From assembly GCF_006345805.1 (NCBI RefSeq), contig NW_021835779.1, forward strand, positions 1 to 55,819: 55,819 nt of DNA, read 5' to 3'. The notes under the pieces are model-generated. The model did not search any database. It worked only from the letters and a program-made list of their open reading frames with translations, and was not told the DNA's origin. Shown here one piece after another: positions 14,385 to 27,135 of this stretch. How positions within the stretch are numbered: position 1 is the first letter of the stretch; every line of letters begins with the position of its first letter. Origin of the DNA: Octopus sinensis. Taxonomy: Eukaryota. Made by a program: the position numbers and the translations under genes.

Positions 14385-14990
14385 GTAAGGTGGCGAGCTG
14401 GCAGAATCGTTAGCACGCAGGACGAAATGCTTAGCGATATTTCGCCCGTTGCAATGTTTTGAGTTCAAATTCCGCCGAGGTCGTCTTTACCTTTCATCCT
14501 TTCGGGGTCGATAAAATAAGTATCGGTCAAACACTGTGGTCGATGAATCGACTCATCCCCTCCCCCACAATTGTGGAAAAATTTGAAACCGTTATTTAGC
14601 ACACCGGGCAAAATTCTTAGCGGCATTTCGTCCGTTCTTATGTTTCTGAGTTCAAATTCCGCCGAGATCAACATTGCCTTTCCTTCTTTCGGGGTCGATG
14701 AAATAAGAACCAGTTACAAACTGGGGTCGATGTAATCGACTTGCCCCTTCCCGCAATACTTCTTACCTTATGGCTATAGTAGAAAGGGTTTTTTATCATT
14801 ATTATTAAGGCGGTGAGCTGGCAGAACCGTTGGTACGCCAGGAAAAATGCTTAACGGCATTTCGTCAGTTTGTTCCGAGTTCAAATCCTGAAGAGGTCGA
14901 AGCTGCTGTTATCATATACAGATCGATGAAATAAGGACCGGTCATGCACTGGATGAGATGTGATCAACTTCGTCTCCCCTCAAAATCTCT
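14385..14990 (+). mobile_element. Three head-to-tail Nin/Deu-type SINEs
   Basis: Three successive GAGTTCAAAT B-boxes (about 14461, 14649, 14878), each followed by the core motif. Confidence 0.85.
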
Positions 14991-15831
14991 TGCCCCCCCC
15001 CTCATCATCCCCACCACCACTATCTCCACCGTTACTACCACCACCACTATCGCCACCATTATTACCACTACAATTATCTTCATCACAAGCGTCATCACTG
15101 TCAAAATCACCACCACTATAACCAGAAATTTTTCCTGATCTGTGTCAGCAAAATTTGTAATAAAATCTAAGGGACTTTGTACAATTAATTTTGGGTACTG
15201 ACTAGAGTGTAAAAGTGCAAGTGTCCGAGACGTTTGATATGGCAAGAAAGCTTACTGACCTGTTCGAACTCACTTGGATTTTATAATGAAACTATTAGAA
15301 TAAGTTACCAAGGAAAGTTCTTTGAAGAAAGTAGCGAAAATATATTATGCTTCAAATAAATATGAAACGTGTGCAGGTGTGATAGAGTAGGAATAAGGTT
15401 TTAATTAACGTAACTTCGTAATTTACTAAAATATTTCTTTTCTTTCTATTTTCCGGGAAGGTATCGTAATGTCAGGTACACTTTCCTCGTAACACACAAT
15501 CTTATCAGACTTTTATAACTTTTATATTTTAGAAAGGTGCAGTGCTCCAACGCTAGCTTTCACCCGGTTCATCAGACTCCATTTTGTTTTTTGCTTTCAA
15601 TAATTTTTCTCACATCAGTAAGTCAATAGTAGCAACAGTAATGATTATTTTTGCAGTCTGTCCCAAATTGCTGAGATGAATATAACTGAGGCTCATTACG
15701 GTCGACAGTGGGTTAATGATTACAAGAAGAAAACAGTGAAAGTGCGGAAATTCGAGTGTTTAGTATGAATGTGTGTTAGACCGTACTTCACTCAATGCAG
15801 CCGATATCAAGTACTAGGTTTAAACTGGGTA

Positions 15832-15840
15832 GTATCTATC

Positions 15841-15904
<64 letters not shown>

Positions 15905-16007
15905 ACTATCTATCTATCTATCTATCTATCTAACTAACTATCTATTTATCTATCTATCTCTACCTACCTATCTATCTATCTATCTATCTATATATTACAC
16001 ACATATA

Positions 16008-16045
<38 letters not shown>

Positions 16046-16096
16046 TATATATATATATATATATATTCTTTATCTATCTATCTCTCGATCTGTTTG

Positions 16097-16125
<29 letters not shown>
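15832..16125. repeat. (TATC)n, (TA)n, (CT)n microsatellites
   Basis: Direct inspection. Confidence 0.95.
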
Positions 16126-16127
<2 letters not shown>

Positions 16128-16576
16128 CTTATACACACGCATGCTCACACGCAGAGACAGAGATAGAGGAAAGGAGAGAAAGATAAAGAGAGAGAAATGT
16201 TTAATTCATATTGTGATGGTTTGGAATTTGTTTGAATCTGAGCAATCCCTCCACAGCTGGTATGGTGTCTGGTGATTTTCCGCAAAATAAAATTGAATGC
16301 CATTTCGTAAAAATAAACTTGGACAGAGAAAATGAGAGAGGGAGAGAGAGAGAGAGGAGAGAGAGTAAATAGGATTGTCTTTTACAGTAATTTAAAAGTT
16401 ACTTCGATAAAAAGACAAACGGGTGGGTGGAGAGAAAGAAGTTAGAGGAGGTGGGTAGTAGTGAATGGAGGCGATTAAATATGTATGCTTACTTGGTAGA
16501 GACACTCGTTTTCTTTGCTTCAATCGTATAAGTTTTCTGTGTTTACTTAAGTCATCAATGGACAAGAACAAATAAC

Positions 16577-16619
<43 letters not shown>

Positions 16620-16655
16620 GTAGTAGTAGTAGTAGTAGTAATAATAATAATAATG

Positions 16656-16704
<49 letters not shown>

Positions 16705-17300
16705 TAATAATGAGTGAGGACAGAACAAAGACAAACTGTAACACCAGCGGGTGGGTTCTGTTAAAAAACAAAATGAGAAAACAAAAAGCGAAAGATAACA
16801 GTATAATTCCAACATGAAATAGTTTCCAGAAAAAGGAGGAATCAAACACGTAAGATAATTTTTGGGGGTAACCACACACAAAACCACAGGTTACCCCTGA
16901 TACATCAAAGGCAAGTATCGTCTTTTTACAAGGTTGTTGGTTGGAGGCGGGGTAGATTACTAGCGGTGGGTAATGGCAGTTTGATATGGGATTATTATAG
17001 AATTTGAGACAACATGAAACATAACTAGATAAACAACACCTACCACATTCAATGACAACACCAACAACAGCAACAGCAACAATACATACAAACACGCGCA
17101 CACACACGTGTATGTGTGCTTGTGTGTGTGTGTTTGTGTGTGTTTGTGTGTGTGTATGTGTGTAGTTTGTGTAGTTTGTGTGTGTTTCTTTGTGTCTGTA
17201 TTTGTCCCCCACTACCGCTTGATAACCTTATGGATGTGTTTGTCTCATCGTCACTAAGCGGTTCAACAGAAGAGACTGATAGAAGTTTTTTTTTTCCCCC

Positions 17301-17525
17301 TTTTAAAGCCTAGCCAGGCTCATGGGCCCGGTTTCTATGGCGTATGTGTTCCCCATCTGGACGGGACGCCAGTCCATCGCAGCGTTACTCACTTTTGCCA
17401 GCTGAGTGGACTGGAGTAACGTGAAATGAAGTGTTTTGCTCAAGAACACAACGCGTTGCCCGGTCCAGGAATCGAAACCACAATCTTACGATCATGATGC
17501 TGACACCCTAACGACTAAGCCCACG
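17301..17525 (-). mobile_element. tRNA-derived SINE (head B, tail T4 with V-domain-like motif)
   Basis: Minus strand: GGCTTAGTCGTTAGGGTG...GGTTTCGATTCC...TTGAGCAAAACAC...CCAGTCCACTCAGCTG...GCGATGGACTGGCGTCCCGTCCAG. Confidence 0.8.
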
Positions 17526-17851
17526 ATAGAAGAAATACCAGGCTTATAAATGAAAGAAAGTACTGGGGTCGATTCATGCGACTAAAAATTCTTCAAGGTT
17601 GTACAGCATCGTGGCTGCAGTCTAATGACTGAAACAGGTAAAATGGAAGATAAAAGGTGTGGGGGGTGCATGCGCACGCGTATGTGTACATGCCACAATA
17701 CTAACAATTTGAAATCCCGAGCCACGGGGAAACCCCTACGTAGTCACTCGACTTGAGGGCAATAAGTTTGATTAGATTTAGACCAACCTTGATTCAGCTG
17801 GTGTGCCGCCATAGATGTTCCAACCGCGGCCATTGCGTCGCGTCTTTTTAT

Positions 17852-17908
<57 letters not shown>

Positions 17909-18846
17909 AGGAACACAAAACCACATATCCAACATGACTGTTCCAAGACGGCAGGCCGTAATTGCAAGGATATTTGGCTGCTATTTCTAGCTAGTCAAGT
18001 GACTTAGTAGTGTGGGGATGGTATCAGTACTCGTAGTGGTAGTGGTCGTGGCTTTGTGCATGGGGTGGCAAGTATTTTTTTTTTCAATCATATGTTTGTT
18101 TTTATTTGTCAGATCTTTCTGTTATTTTTTTTTTTTATTTTTTATGTTCCAACTTCCGCATCGCTAGAAATTGCAAAGACAAGAATCCGCTTGGGATAAG
18201 GAAAAACGAAACCACAAAACGATACATGGTATCTTCCGGAATCCAAGAGAGAGAGTGGAGAAGGGCAGGTTTGTTCTGTTGGTGCTGATAAAAATGAAGT
18301 TGTTATTTTGAATTAGATTCTTGGATTAGATTAGGTTGTAAGGAAACAAATGGGTAGCCATATTGGTTGTTGCTGATGTTGTCTTCTAGCCTCTCAAGGA
18401 CAGACCCCTACAGAGCAAACCCACGAGTAACGTTTCCCCCCCATGACCTTCCCATAATATTTTCCAGCATAGTGTATCTAGGTCAACATTAGCGTATGTG
18501 TCCTCGAATTTCCCTACTTTCTAGAGATTATTCAGTGATTGAAAGTGAAACTTGACTGCTATTTTTAGCAGGTCAATAGACCAAGTAAATAGCCTGCGTC
18601 GTTGATTAATTGGTTGGCTGGTTGTTAGATGTTTATGTTGCATGATTGGTTCGGTCTTTGCTGTTGCTTCATTCCAAAGTCCGACTTATCCGACCGTGAT
18701 CGCCTTGTCTTTATTTGAGACAACAAAGCAGGATTTCAGGGACATTTGCCTACTATCCCTAGTAGGACAAGCAACCACAGTAAATTCCTTGTTGGTCAGC
18801 TGCTTGGCTGGACGGATTTGAATAAAGTCTCTCTGGCCGAAAGTAA

Positions 18847-18954
<108 letters not shown>

Positions 18955-19136
18955 TTTTTTTTTCTTCTTTCAAATTTGCTTCCATTTCTTGCCGAGTGTC
19001 TTCCCGACTCCTAGGGCAAAGAAACTCATAGTATACATTGGTAGGCCATAAAACCAAACTTAATAGTTCGTTCATTTTTTTTTTAAAGTTAAATTAAATT
19101 ATTATTATTTAACTTATTATTATTATTTAATTTAAC

Positions 19137-19196
<60 letters not shown>

Positions 19197-19212
19197 TATT
19201 GTTATTATTATT

Positions 19213-19875
19213 ATTGAGTGAGAGAGCAGTGCGCGCCATCAAACTGACACTGGCGTAAAATATCCGAAGCCCAATATACCCATCACGACTACCCGTCTGA
19301 TAAGGGTACACCAGGCGCATGCATCACAACCATATGTGCGCGATATGGTGATCTCATATCAAGATAAACAGCGCCTGAACTTACAGGTGGGCCCAGTTAA
19401 AATTTTTGTCAGGTTGAGTAGCCCATCCCGCTCAAATGGTCCCAGAATAAGGGTTGTTTAAGTATGTTGAACAAAACACCCATGTTTCCAAAGGTGAATT
19501 ATCCAAACCCCAAAGAATTTGCGCAATGGCCTAGTGGTTAGGGCAGCGGACTCGCGGTCGCAGGATCGCGGTTTCGATTCTCAGACTGGGCGTTGTGTGT
19601 GTTTATTGAGCGAAAACACCTAAAAGCTCTACGAGGCTCCGGCAGGGGGTGGTGATTCCTGCTGTACTCTTTCACCACAATGGCGGTGCCCCAGCATGGC
19701 CACAGCTCAAGAGCTGAAACTGGAAAAATAAAAAAACAAATGACGTTCCCCCACTACTTCTGCTCGTCATCAGAGATGCACATATCGTCAGCCACTAAGG
19801 GACATGGTCAACTGGTTAAGGTCCAACGACTGACAAGCAAATCTGTGGTATTGAGCAGAATATTTGCTGTAGCCC

Positions 19876-19966
<91 letters not shown>

Positions 19967-20598
19967 GAGTGAGATAAATTGCACTGAGGTAAAATATACA
20001 AAGCCCAATATACCCATCATGACTACCCGTCTGATAAAGGTACACCAGCACATGCATCACAACCATAGTGCGCGACATGGTGATCTCATATCAAGATAAA
20101 CAACACATGACCTTGCAGGTGGGCCCAGTTAGAATTTTCTTCAGGTTGAGTAGCCCATCCCGCTCAAACGGTCCCTGAATAAGGGTTGTTTAAGGATGTT
20201 GAACAAAACACCCATGTTTCCAAAGGTGAATTATCCAAACCCCAAAGAATTTGCGCAATGGCCTAGTGGTTAGGGCAGCGGACTCGCGGTCGCAGGATCG
20301 CGTTTCGATTCTCAGACTGGGCGTGTGTGTGTTTATTGAGCGAAAACACCTAAAAGCTCTACGAGGCTCCGGCAGGGGGTGGTGATTCCTGCTGTACTCT
20401 TTCACCACATGGCGGTCCCCAGCATGGCCACAGCTCAAGAGCTGAAACTGGAACAAAAAAACAAATGACGTTCCCCCACTACTTCTGCTCGTCATCAGAG
20501 ATGCACATATCATCAGCTACTAAGGGACATGGTCAACTGGTTAAGGTCCAACGACTGACAAGCAAATCTGTGGTATTGAGCAGAATATTTGCTGTAGG
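19213..20598 (-). mobile_element. Two tandem copies of a (TAA)n-embedded element interrupted by SINE fragments
   Basis: Copy 1 spans about 19213-19875 and copy 2 about 19965-20598. Each has (TTA)n upstream and contains the same inserted head-A SINE 5' part plus an OR2-like tail. An R4/Dong-like 3' UTR origin is inferred only from the TAA context. Confidence 0.7.
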
Positions 20599-20639
20599 CC
20601 ATCTTTTATACCAATGTGGTATTCAACAGATTTATTATT

Positions 20640-21320
<681 letters not shown>

Positions 21321-22109
21321 TATTGTCATCGTCGTCGTTTTGTTATTTTTATCCCCCGGAATCTCCACATCATATAACCCCCACGCTGCTCCCTTTACAT
21401 CTCACTCAGTCTTTATTCTCCTCCCCTGCTCCACATAACTATGTCGAAACTTGTAATAATAATAGATAGGAGTCGACGCCTTCTCAAGTTCTTCAAGCAT
21501 TTAAAGGGCAGCAGCAGCAACAACAATAACAACAACAAAAACAACAAAAACAACAACAGCAGCAGCAACAACAAATATATTGAATCTCTTTCCCAGAAGT
21601 AAGACATTATTTAAACGTGTTTGATTATTGCAGAGCCTGACGCACTTCTGGGACAAATATTGAATGAATAAATTAAATTCTCAGAGATATGAATCGTGTG
21701 CGCATGAGTATATCCATACACGAGTCTGTGTCATGTGCGTGCGTGCGTATTAACATACAGATGTGTTTATGTTCGTATAGATACACATACATTCATTCAT
21801 AAAAACACACACACAAACACATAAATATACGTGTATTTGTGTGTGTCTATGCTTCTATATGCATATATACACACTCACACATACACACGCATTGTGATGT
21901 ATATTTTCGTTCTTTCGTTGTCTACTCATCCCCGCCGTCATAAAGTGTTTCTTAGCTCTAGTACCACCAATCTTTTCATTTTTGTTTTTTAAGCAGGAAC
22001 ATTGTTAAATTTTGTAAAGGAACAGTTTTCTACGAGCAGGTAGTTTAGTTTGGGGCATTTTATGATGTAATGGTCAATACACGAGATGTGAGTTTATTGT
22101 AGTTGCTTT

Positions 22110-22482
22110 TGCTGTTGAGCGAACGGTCTTCGTCCCAGAGATCGCAAGATGAGAGAAGTCCGAAACGTGGTCCTTTGCTATTCGTAAGACCCGCAGAAGA
22201 AAAAGCAGGTCAACCCCCGACACCGAGAGCATCGACGGATGGATGAATGCGCATCAAGGCTCAGCGGCTGCGTAGGAAGTCGGGGACAAGAAACAGGAAG
22301 AAAGAATGAGAGAAAGTTGGAGCGAAAGAGTACAACAGAGGTCGCCACCACCCCCTGTCGGAGCCTCGTGGAGCTTTACGTGTTTTCGTTCAATAAACAC
22401 ACATAACGCCCGGTCTGGGAATCAAAACCGGGATCCTCCGACCGCGAGTCCGCTGCCTAAACAATGGGCCATTGCGCCTCCA
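22110..22482 (-). mobile_element. tRNA-derived SINE (head A, tail T3)
   Basis: Minus head TGGAGGCGCAATGGCCC...GGACTCGCGGTCGG..GATCCCGGTTTTGATTCCCAGACCGGGCG; the 3' tail differs from the other head-A copies. Confidence 0.8.
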
Positions 22483-22899
22483 CTTGTAGTTGCTGTTGAA
22501 TTAATTTTTAAAAACTTTTAAAATTAATTTTAAAAAACTTAGTACACATCAAAGAAAATGCTCCAGAATGACCTTGGTGTTGTCACTAAAATAAACTAAA
22601 AAAAAAACTGCTACTGTTGTTCTTCTTCTTCCAATCAGGACACACGCCATTAGCCGCAAAGAATAATCTCTAATTCGAGCCAACTCTAAGCTACTAAGAA
22701 TGCGTGTGGCAACTTGAAGATCCACCCACCACACGCGATAGACTGGCGGTTGCACGGGCCCGAAACCTACGTTGTTATCTTCATTCAGTAAACGGTGGCT
22801 TTTAACAGGTGGAGAGCTGAAACATCCTGGGGTACAGAGGATTCTCAATCTGAAAGTTTACCACGCCATAGTGAGTTACACCATGGTTCCTCGACTTTG

Positions 22900-23092
22900 T
22901 GGCAGAAGTAAGAAGAAGGAGTGAGAGAAAGTTTTAGTGAAAGAGTACAGCGGGGTTCACCCCCACCGCCGGAGCCTCGTGGAGCTTAGGTGTTTTTGTT
23001 CAATAAACACTCACAATGTCGATCTGGGAATCGAAACCGCGTTCTTACGACCGTGAATTCGCTGCCCTAATCACTGGGCCATTGCACCGCCA
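22900..23092 (-). mobile_element. Head-A SINE, 3'-truncated
   Basis: Same head and GGCTCCGGC..GTACTCTTTCAC body. Confidence 0.75.
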
Positions 23093-23304
23093 TTGCTATT
23101 GTTGTTGCACCTTAGTACTAAACTAAGAAAACTTGGTAATTACAGAACCAACGCTGCGTGTATTGTGAATGAATATGTATACGGTGTTGTATCGTTTAAT
23201 AAACATACTTAGTTTTGACGTGAAATTATGTCACGCGGTTCAACCATGGTTCGTTCTTTAAATGCAAGATTTTCGAAATTATATTTCAGATATGTCCTGC
23301 GTTG

Positions 23305-23555
23305 AGAGCTGAAGTTTATCGAGACGACGGTTTGTTACTCTTGTGCAACATAAAGTCATGAAGTATATTGATTTATGACAGATCCAATAAAAATTATTTA
23401 GAGAAAATGGATTTTAGAATTATAGAAGATGGTAATGTTATACATGTCTTAGATACCATTTTAAATTTAGAAACACAGAAATTCTGTCCGTATGGAAAAC
23501 ACAATAAAAATTTATTTTATTTGAATAAAAATTCCATTCACCCTCCCAACAACAG
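23305..23555 (+). pseudogene. Penelope-like element reverse transcriptase fragment
   Basis: One frame reads AEVYRDDGLLLLCNIKS*SILIYDRSNKNYLEKMDFRIIEDGNVIHVLDTILNLETQKFCPYGKHNKNLFYLNKNSIHPPN. YRDDG is at 23317-23331. The downstream (F/V)LD..LNL...K..PY.K.N...Y....S.HPP pattern is typical of PLE RTs. There is one in-frame stop. Confidence 0.75.
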
Positions 23556-23587
23556 TCAGTGAAGTTTAATTCATATCATTTATATAT

Positions 23588-23806
23588 ATTTCTTTACTAC
23601 CCACAAGGGCCTAAACACAGAGGGGACAAACAAGGACAGACAAAGGGATTACGTCGACTACATCGACCCCAGTGCGTAACTGGTACTTAATTTATCGACC
23701 CCGAAAGGATGAAAGGCAAAGTCGACCTCGGCGGAATTTGAACTCGGAACGTAACGACAGACGAATTTCGCCCGGCGTGCTAACGTTTCTACCAGCTCGC
23801 CGCCTT
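23588..23806 (-). mobile_element. Nin/Deu-type SINE
   Basis: Full tail, core and head with a small internal deletion. Confidence 0.9.
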
Positions 23807-24279
23807 GTCATTTATATAGGCATAAGGCTAGGTTCGTCAATAGCATCGACGCCGGAGACATGAAAAGGCAAAGGTGACCTCGACCGGTTTTTTTTACTTA
23901 ATTTCAAATTTTAGTTGATATATTTCTTCTAGCTCAATCCTTAAAACGGCAAACAAAATGGCAATCAGTATATATTGAAGCTCATTACATTTCAAGATCA
24001 GTTTCCGTTGAGGTAAACGTTGTCTTCCATGCTTTTAGAATCGAAAGAATATCTTATCATATATTGGGGATAGATTTTATCGATTACTGATCCACTCTGT
24101 ATAGACTGGGCTATTTTGACCGAAATCAAAATCAACCCATATGTGGAGCTGCAGTGCTTGACTCTACCTTACTTGCTACCTTGAAGAAAGGAAACGTATA
24201 GATGACCACGGACGAAGTCGAACCCCAAACGTAAGGAGTGGGAAGAAATAATCCACGACATTTAAACCGAAGCTCTAGG

Positions 24280-24664
24280 GGAGGGGATGAGTCGATTACA
24301 TCGATCCCAGTGTTCAACTGGTACTTATTTTATCGACCCCGAAAGAATGAAAGGCAAAGTAGACCTCGGCGGAATTTGAACTTAGAACGTAGTGACGGGC
24401 GAAATACCGCTAAGCATTTCGTCAGGCCGCCTTCTGAAGTTCTAATAACCCTTTTCCCTTTAGGCAGAAGGCCTGAAATTTGGAAGAGGAGGAGGATAGT
24501 CGATTACATCGACCCCAGTACTCAACTGGTACTTATTTCAGCAACCCCGAAAGGATGAAAAGCAAAGTTGACCTCGGTGGAATTTTAACTCAGAACGTAG
24601 CAGCAGACGAAATACCGCTAGGCATTTTATCCAGCGCGCTAGCAATTCTGCCAGCTCGTCGCCT
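24280..24664 (-). mobile_element. Two tandem Nin/Deu-type SINEs
   Basis: Two cores GTCGATTACATCGA..CCAGT..AACTGGTACTTATTT and two heads. Confidence 0.85.
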
Positions 24665-24740
24665 TCTCCGAAGATCCAATAATGCAGGTAATAGTTCTGT
24701 GATTGTTGTTGTTTTTTAAACAGATATTATCTCTTATAAA

Positions 24741-25045
24741 GCGAAGGCGCATGACTTAGTGTTTAGGGTATTCTGCTCAAGATCGTAAAGTCGAGGGTTC
24801 GATTCCTGGTGGTGTGTCGTGTCTTGCAGCAAGACAATTTATTTTTCGTTGTGCCATGTCACCTCAGTTGGCAAGAATGAGATGTACCTGTAAATCAAAT
24901 GGTCGGCCTTATCACATTTTGTGCCGCTCTGAATCTACCTGAGAACTATGCGTGTCTGTGGAGTGCTCAACCTCTTCCACGTTAATTTCCACGAGCAGGC
25001 CGTTCCGTTGATCGGATTAACAAGAATATTCGTCGTTGTAACGAG
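24741..25045 (+). mobile_element. tRNA-derived SINE (head B, tail T1)
   Basis: Head GGCGCATGACTTAGTGTTTAGGG...GGTTCGATTCC; tail GTGTCTGTGGAGTGCTCA..CACGTTAATTT.CACGAGCAGGC.GTTCCGTTGATC shared with 47200-47555. Confidence 0.75.
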
Positions 25046-25557
25046 TTAGTTAATCACTTCTAAATCAGATATGTATTACGAAATGTTTTCCAGTTATGAC
25101 TGTCCTGTTGTTTTGTTCTGGAAACGTGTATCTAGGACTATACCATGCAACATGTACCTTTCAAAATGCAGTCGGATTATGAATGTTGAGAGATTTGGCT
25201 GCTTTTTCTAGTGAATTGAGTGACCATTAGAAGCTACCACTTTTTCTATTTTTATTTGTTTTCGAGTGGGATTCTTGTTGTTTAGCTCCAGGTCAGTCCC
25301 GATTTAGCATTCCAACCGTAACCACCACGTCTGTAGTGCGCCAAGAATCACATTCTCCAATCTTCCTTTTTCCAAAGACGGTAGGCGATTGTGATCTGTG
25401 TGATAATTAGCTATTATTTCTAGCGAATCGAGTGGTCATAAGGAGGGCTACTCGATACATCATGGTGGTGGTGGTGGTGGTGGTGGTGGCGGTAGTTGTC
25501 GTGAGTTTACTTTAGCCATGTTCTTGTAGATATCTCTGGTACAATGAAATCTGGTTA

Positions 25558-25941
25558 TCTCTCTCTATATAAACGGCAGTTTGTCTGTGCGTGTTTCTGT
25601 GTGTCTGTTTGCTTGTTACCCTCTCCCTGACCACGGCTTTCAAACCGATTCTGATGAAACTTGACACACACATAGCTAAATGTCATAATTCAAACTAACG
25701 CAGCAAAAATTTTGAAAATTTTCCCCAGTTCTGAAAAAAATCGATAATTCGACATGGGGTCGAGAATCAGCAACACAAACCACAAACTGTCTAGGGGACG
25801 CACACTCCACCTTTTTTAACTCTCAAAAAAATTTACCATCATTTTTTTCCATTTTTTTGCTATTTTTTGGCTATAACTCTCTAAAAATGCTTTATACTTA
25901 TTTCCCTTACAAACCTGAGCAACGCCGGGCGATACTGCTAG
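25558..25941 (+). mobile_element. Non-autonomous Helitron-like element
   Basis: Starts A|TCTCTCTCTATATAAA and ends GAGCAACGCCGGGCGATACTG-CTAG|T. It has 5'-TC and 3'-CTAG termini, a GC-rich subterminal segment and an A|T insertion site with no TSD. Confidence 0.75.
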
Positions 25942-26454
25942 TTTGACCTAAAACTGCTGCTTGCTGCTGCTGCTGTTGTTTATGTTATTCCTGTGATGAG
26001 AAACATTTTTTTGTTTTTGTTTTTGTTTTTGTTGTTTCAGATTTACCGAGTTTTTCTTCTGCTGGAAGAGATAGCGCGAAGGTTTTGTTTGGAATAATGG
26101 GTGGTACTTCACATTGACGCCTACATATGATGTGGAACATTTCTACACATATACCGCACAGATAACTAGCACATACACTACAAGCACACACTTATCGACA
26201 TATATCTGGGTGTATATGCAAGCACGTGTGTGTGTGTTTACAAAGCGAGTGAGATAAAGGCATATTTTTATATCTATATCGCAAATATGTTTCTCTATAG
26301 ATAAATAGAAGTGGTGTGTGTGTGTGTGTGTGTCTGCGTTGCTTATATGTTTGTGTGTGCAGCACGTGTATATTTTTTAGAGTAAAATATTCGTATAAAT
26401 GTTGTGTTGTTAAGAACACTGTAGAGAAATACATGTTTGTTCTTTCTCGAGCAA

Positions 26455-26725
26455 TGCCTGGCTCATAAGGGCCGGGTTTCCCGGTTTCCTTGGCATATAG
26501 GTTCCCCACCTGGGCGGGATGCCGGTCCGTCGCAGGTGAGCTGCAAGATGCAAGAGGAAAAAGTGAGAGAAAGTTGTGGCGAAAGAGTCAGCTGAAGTTC
26601 GCCATTACCTTCTGCCGGAGTCGCGTAGAGCTTTGGTGTTTCGCTCATAAACACACCCATCGCCCGTTCTGAGATTCGAACCCACGATCCCTCGACCGTT
26701 GCTCTAACCACTAGGCCATGTGCCT
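26455..26725 (-). mobile_element. Head-A-like SINE with tail T4
   Basis: Minus tail GCGACGGACCGGCATCCCGCCCAGGTGGGGAAC...GAAACCGGG...ATGAGCCAGGCA matches the tail of 17301-17525. Confidence 0.75.
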
Positions 26726-26809
26726 ACACAAAGAAATACATAGCAAGATATATAGTAATGAATTCTTATATGTATGCATACATATACGCACACATATTTC
26801 AGAGATTCA

Positions 26810-27096
26810 GGTGAGAATCTTTTGTCGAACCGCTAAGTTACGGGGACGTAAACAAACCAGCATCAATCGTCAAGCGATGTTGGGGGCACAAACACAGACA
26901 CACAAACATACACACATACATATATATACATATATACGACGGGCTTCTTTCAGTTTCCGTCTCCCAAATCCACTCACAAGGCTTTGGTCGGCCCGAAGCT
27001 ATTGTAGAAGACACTTGCCCAAGGTGCCACGTAGTGGGACTGAACTCGGAACCATGTGGTTCGTAAGCAAGCTACTTAGACAGACACTCCTACGCC

Positions 27097-27097
<1 letters not shown>
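26810..27097 (-). mobile_element. CORE-type (OR2-like) SINE
   Basis: GACACTTGCCCAAGGTGCCACG..GTGGGACTGAACTCGGAACCATGTGG on the plus strand. Confidence 0.85.

Positions 27098-27135
<38 letters not shown>

Noticed and set aside
15545-15580. Minus-strand CTGATGA-ACC-G-GGT-GAAAGCTAGCGTT
   Set aside because: The stem II loop is 1 nt and stem I cannot pair; at best a very decayed relic.
18168-18228. Plus-strand 61-nt exon-like segment (KLQRQESAWDKEKRNHKTIH)
   Set aside because: The donor is weak (GTATCT), the homology is unrecognised, and the strand is opposite to other candidates; insufficient without RNA data.
19520-19600. tRNA genes at SINE heads (also 47200 and others)
   Set aside because: A- and B-boxes are present, but the sequence continues into a SINE body and tail with no acceptor-stem closure.
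19750-19785. Minus-strand CTGATGA in the TAA-embedded element (also about 20490)
   Set aside because: No stem II, GAAA or stem I pairing.
22145-22185. GATGAGAGAAGTCCGAAACGTGGTC in SINE tail T3
   Set aside because: The core lacks CU and the stems do not close.
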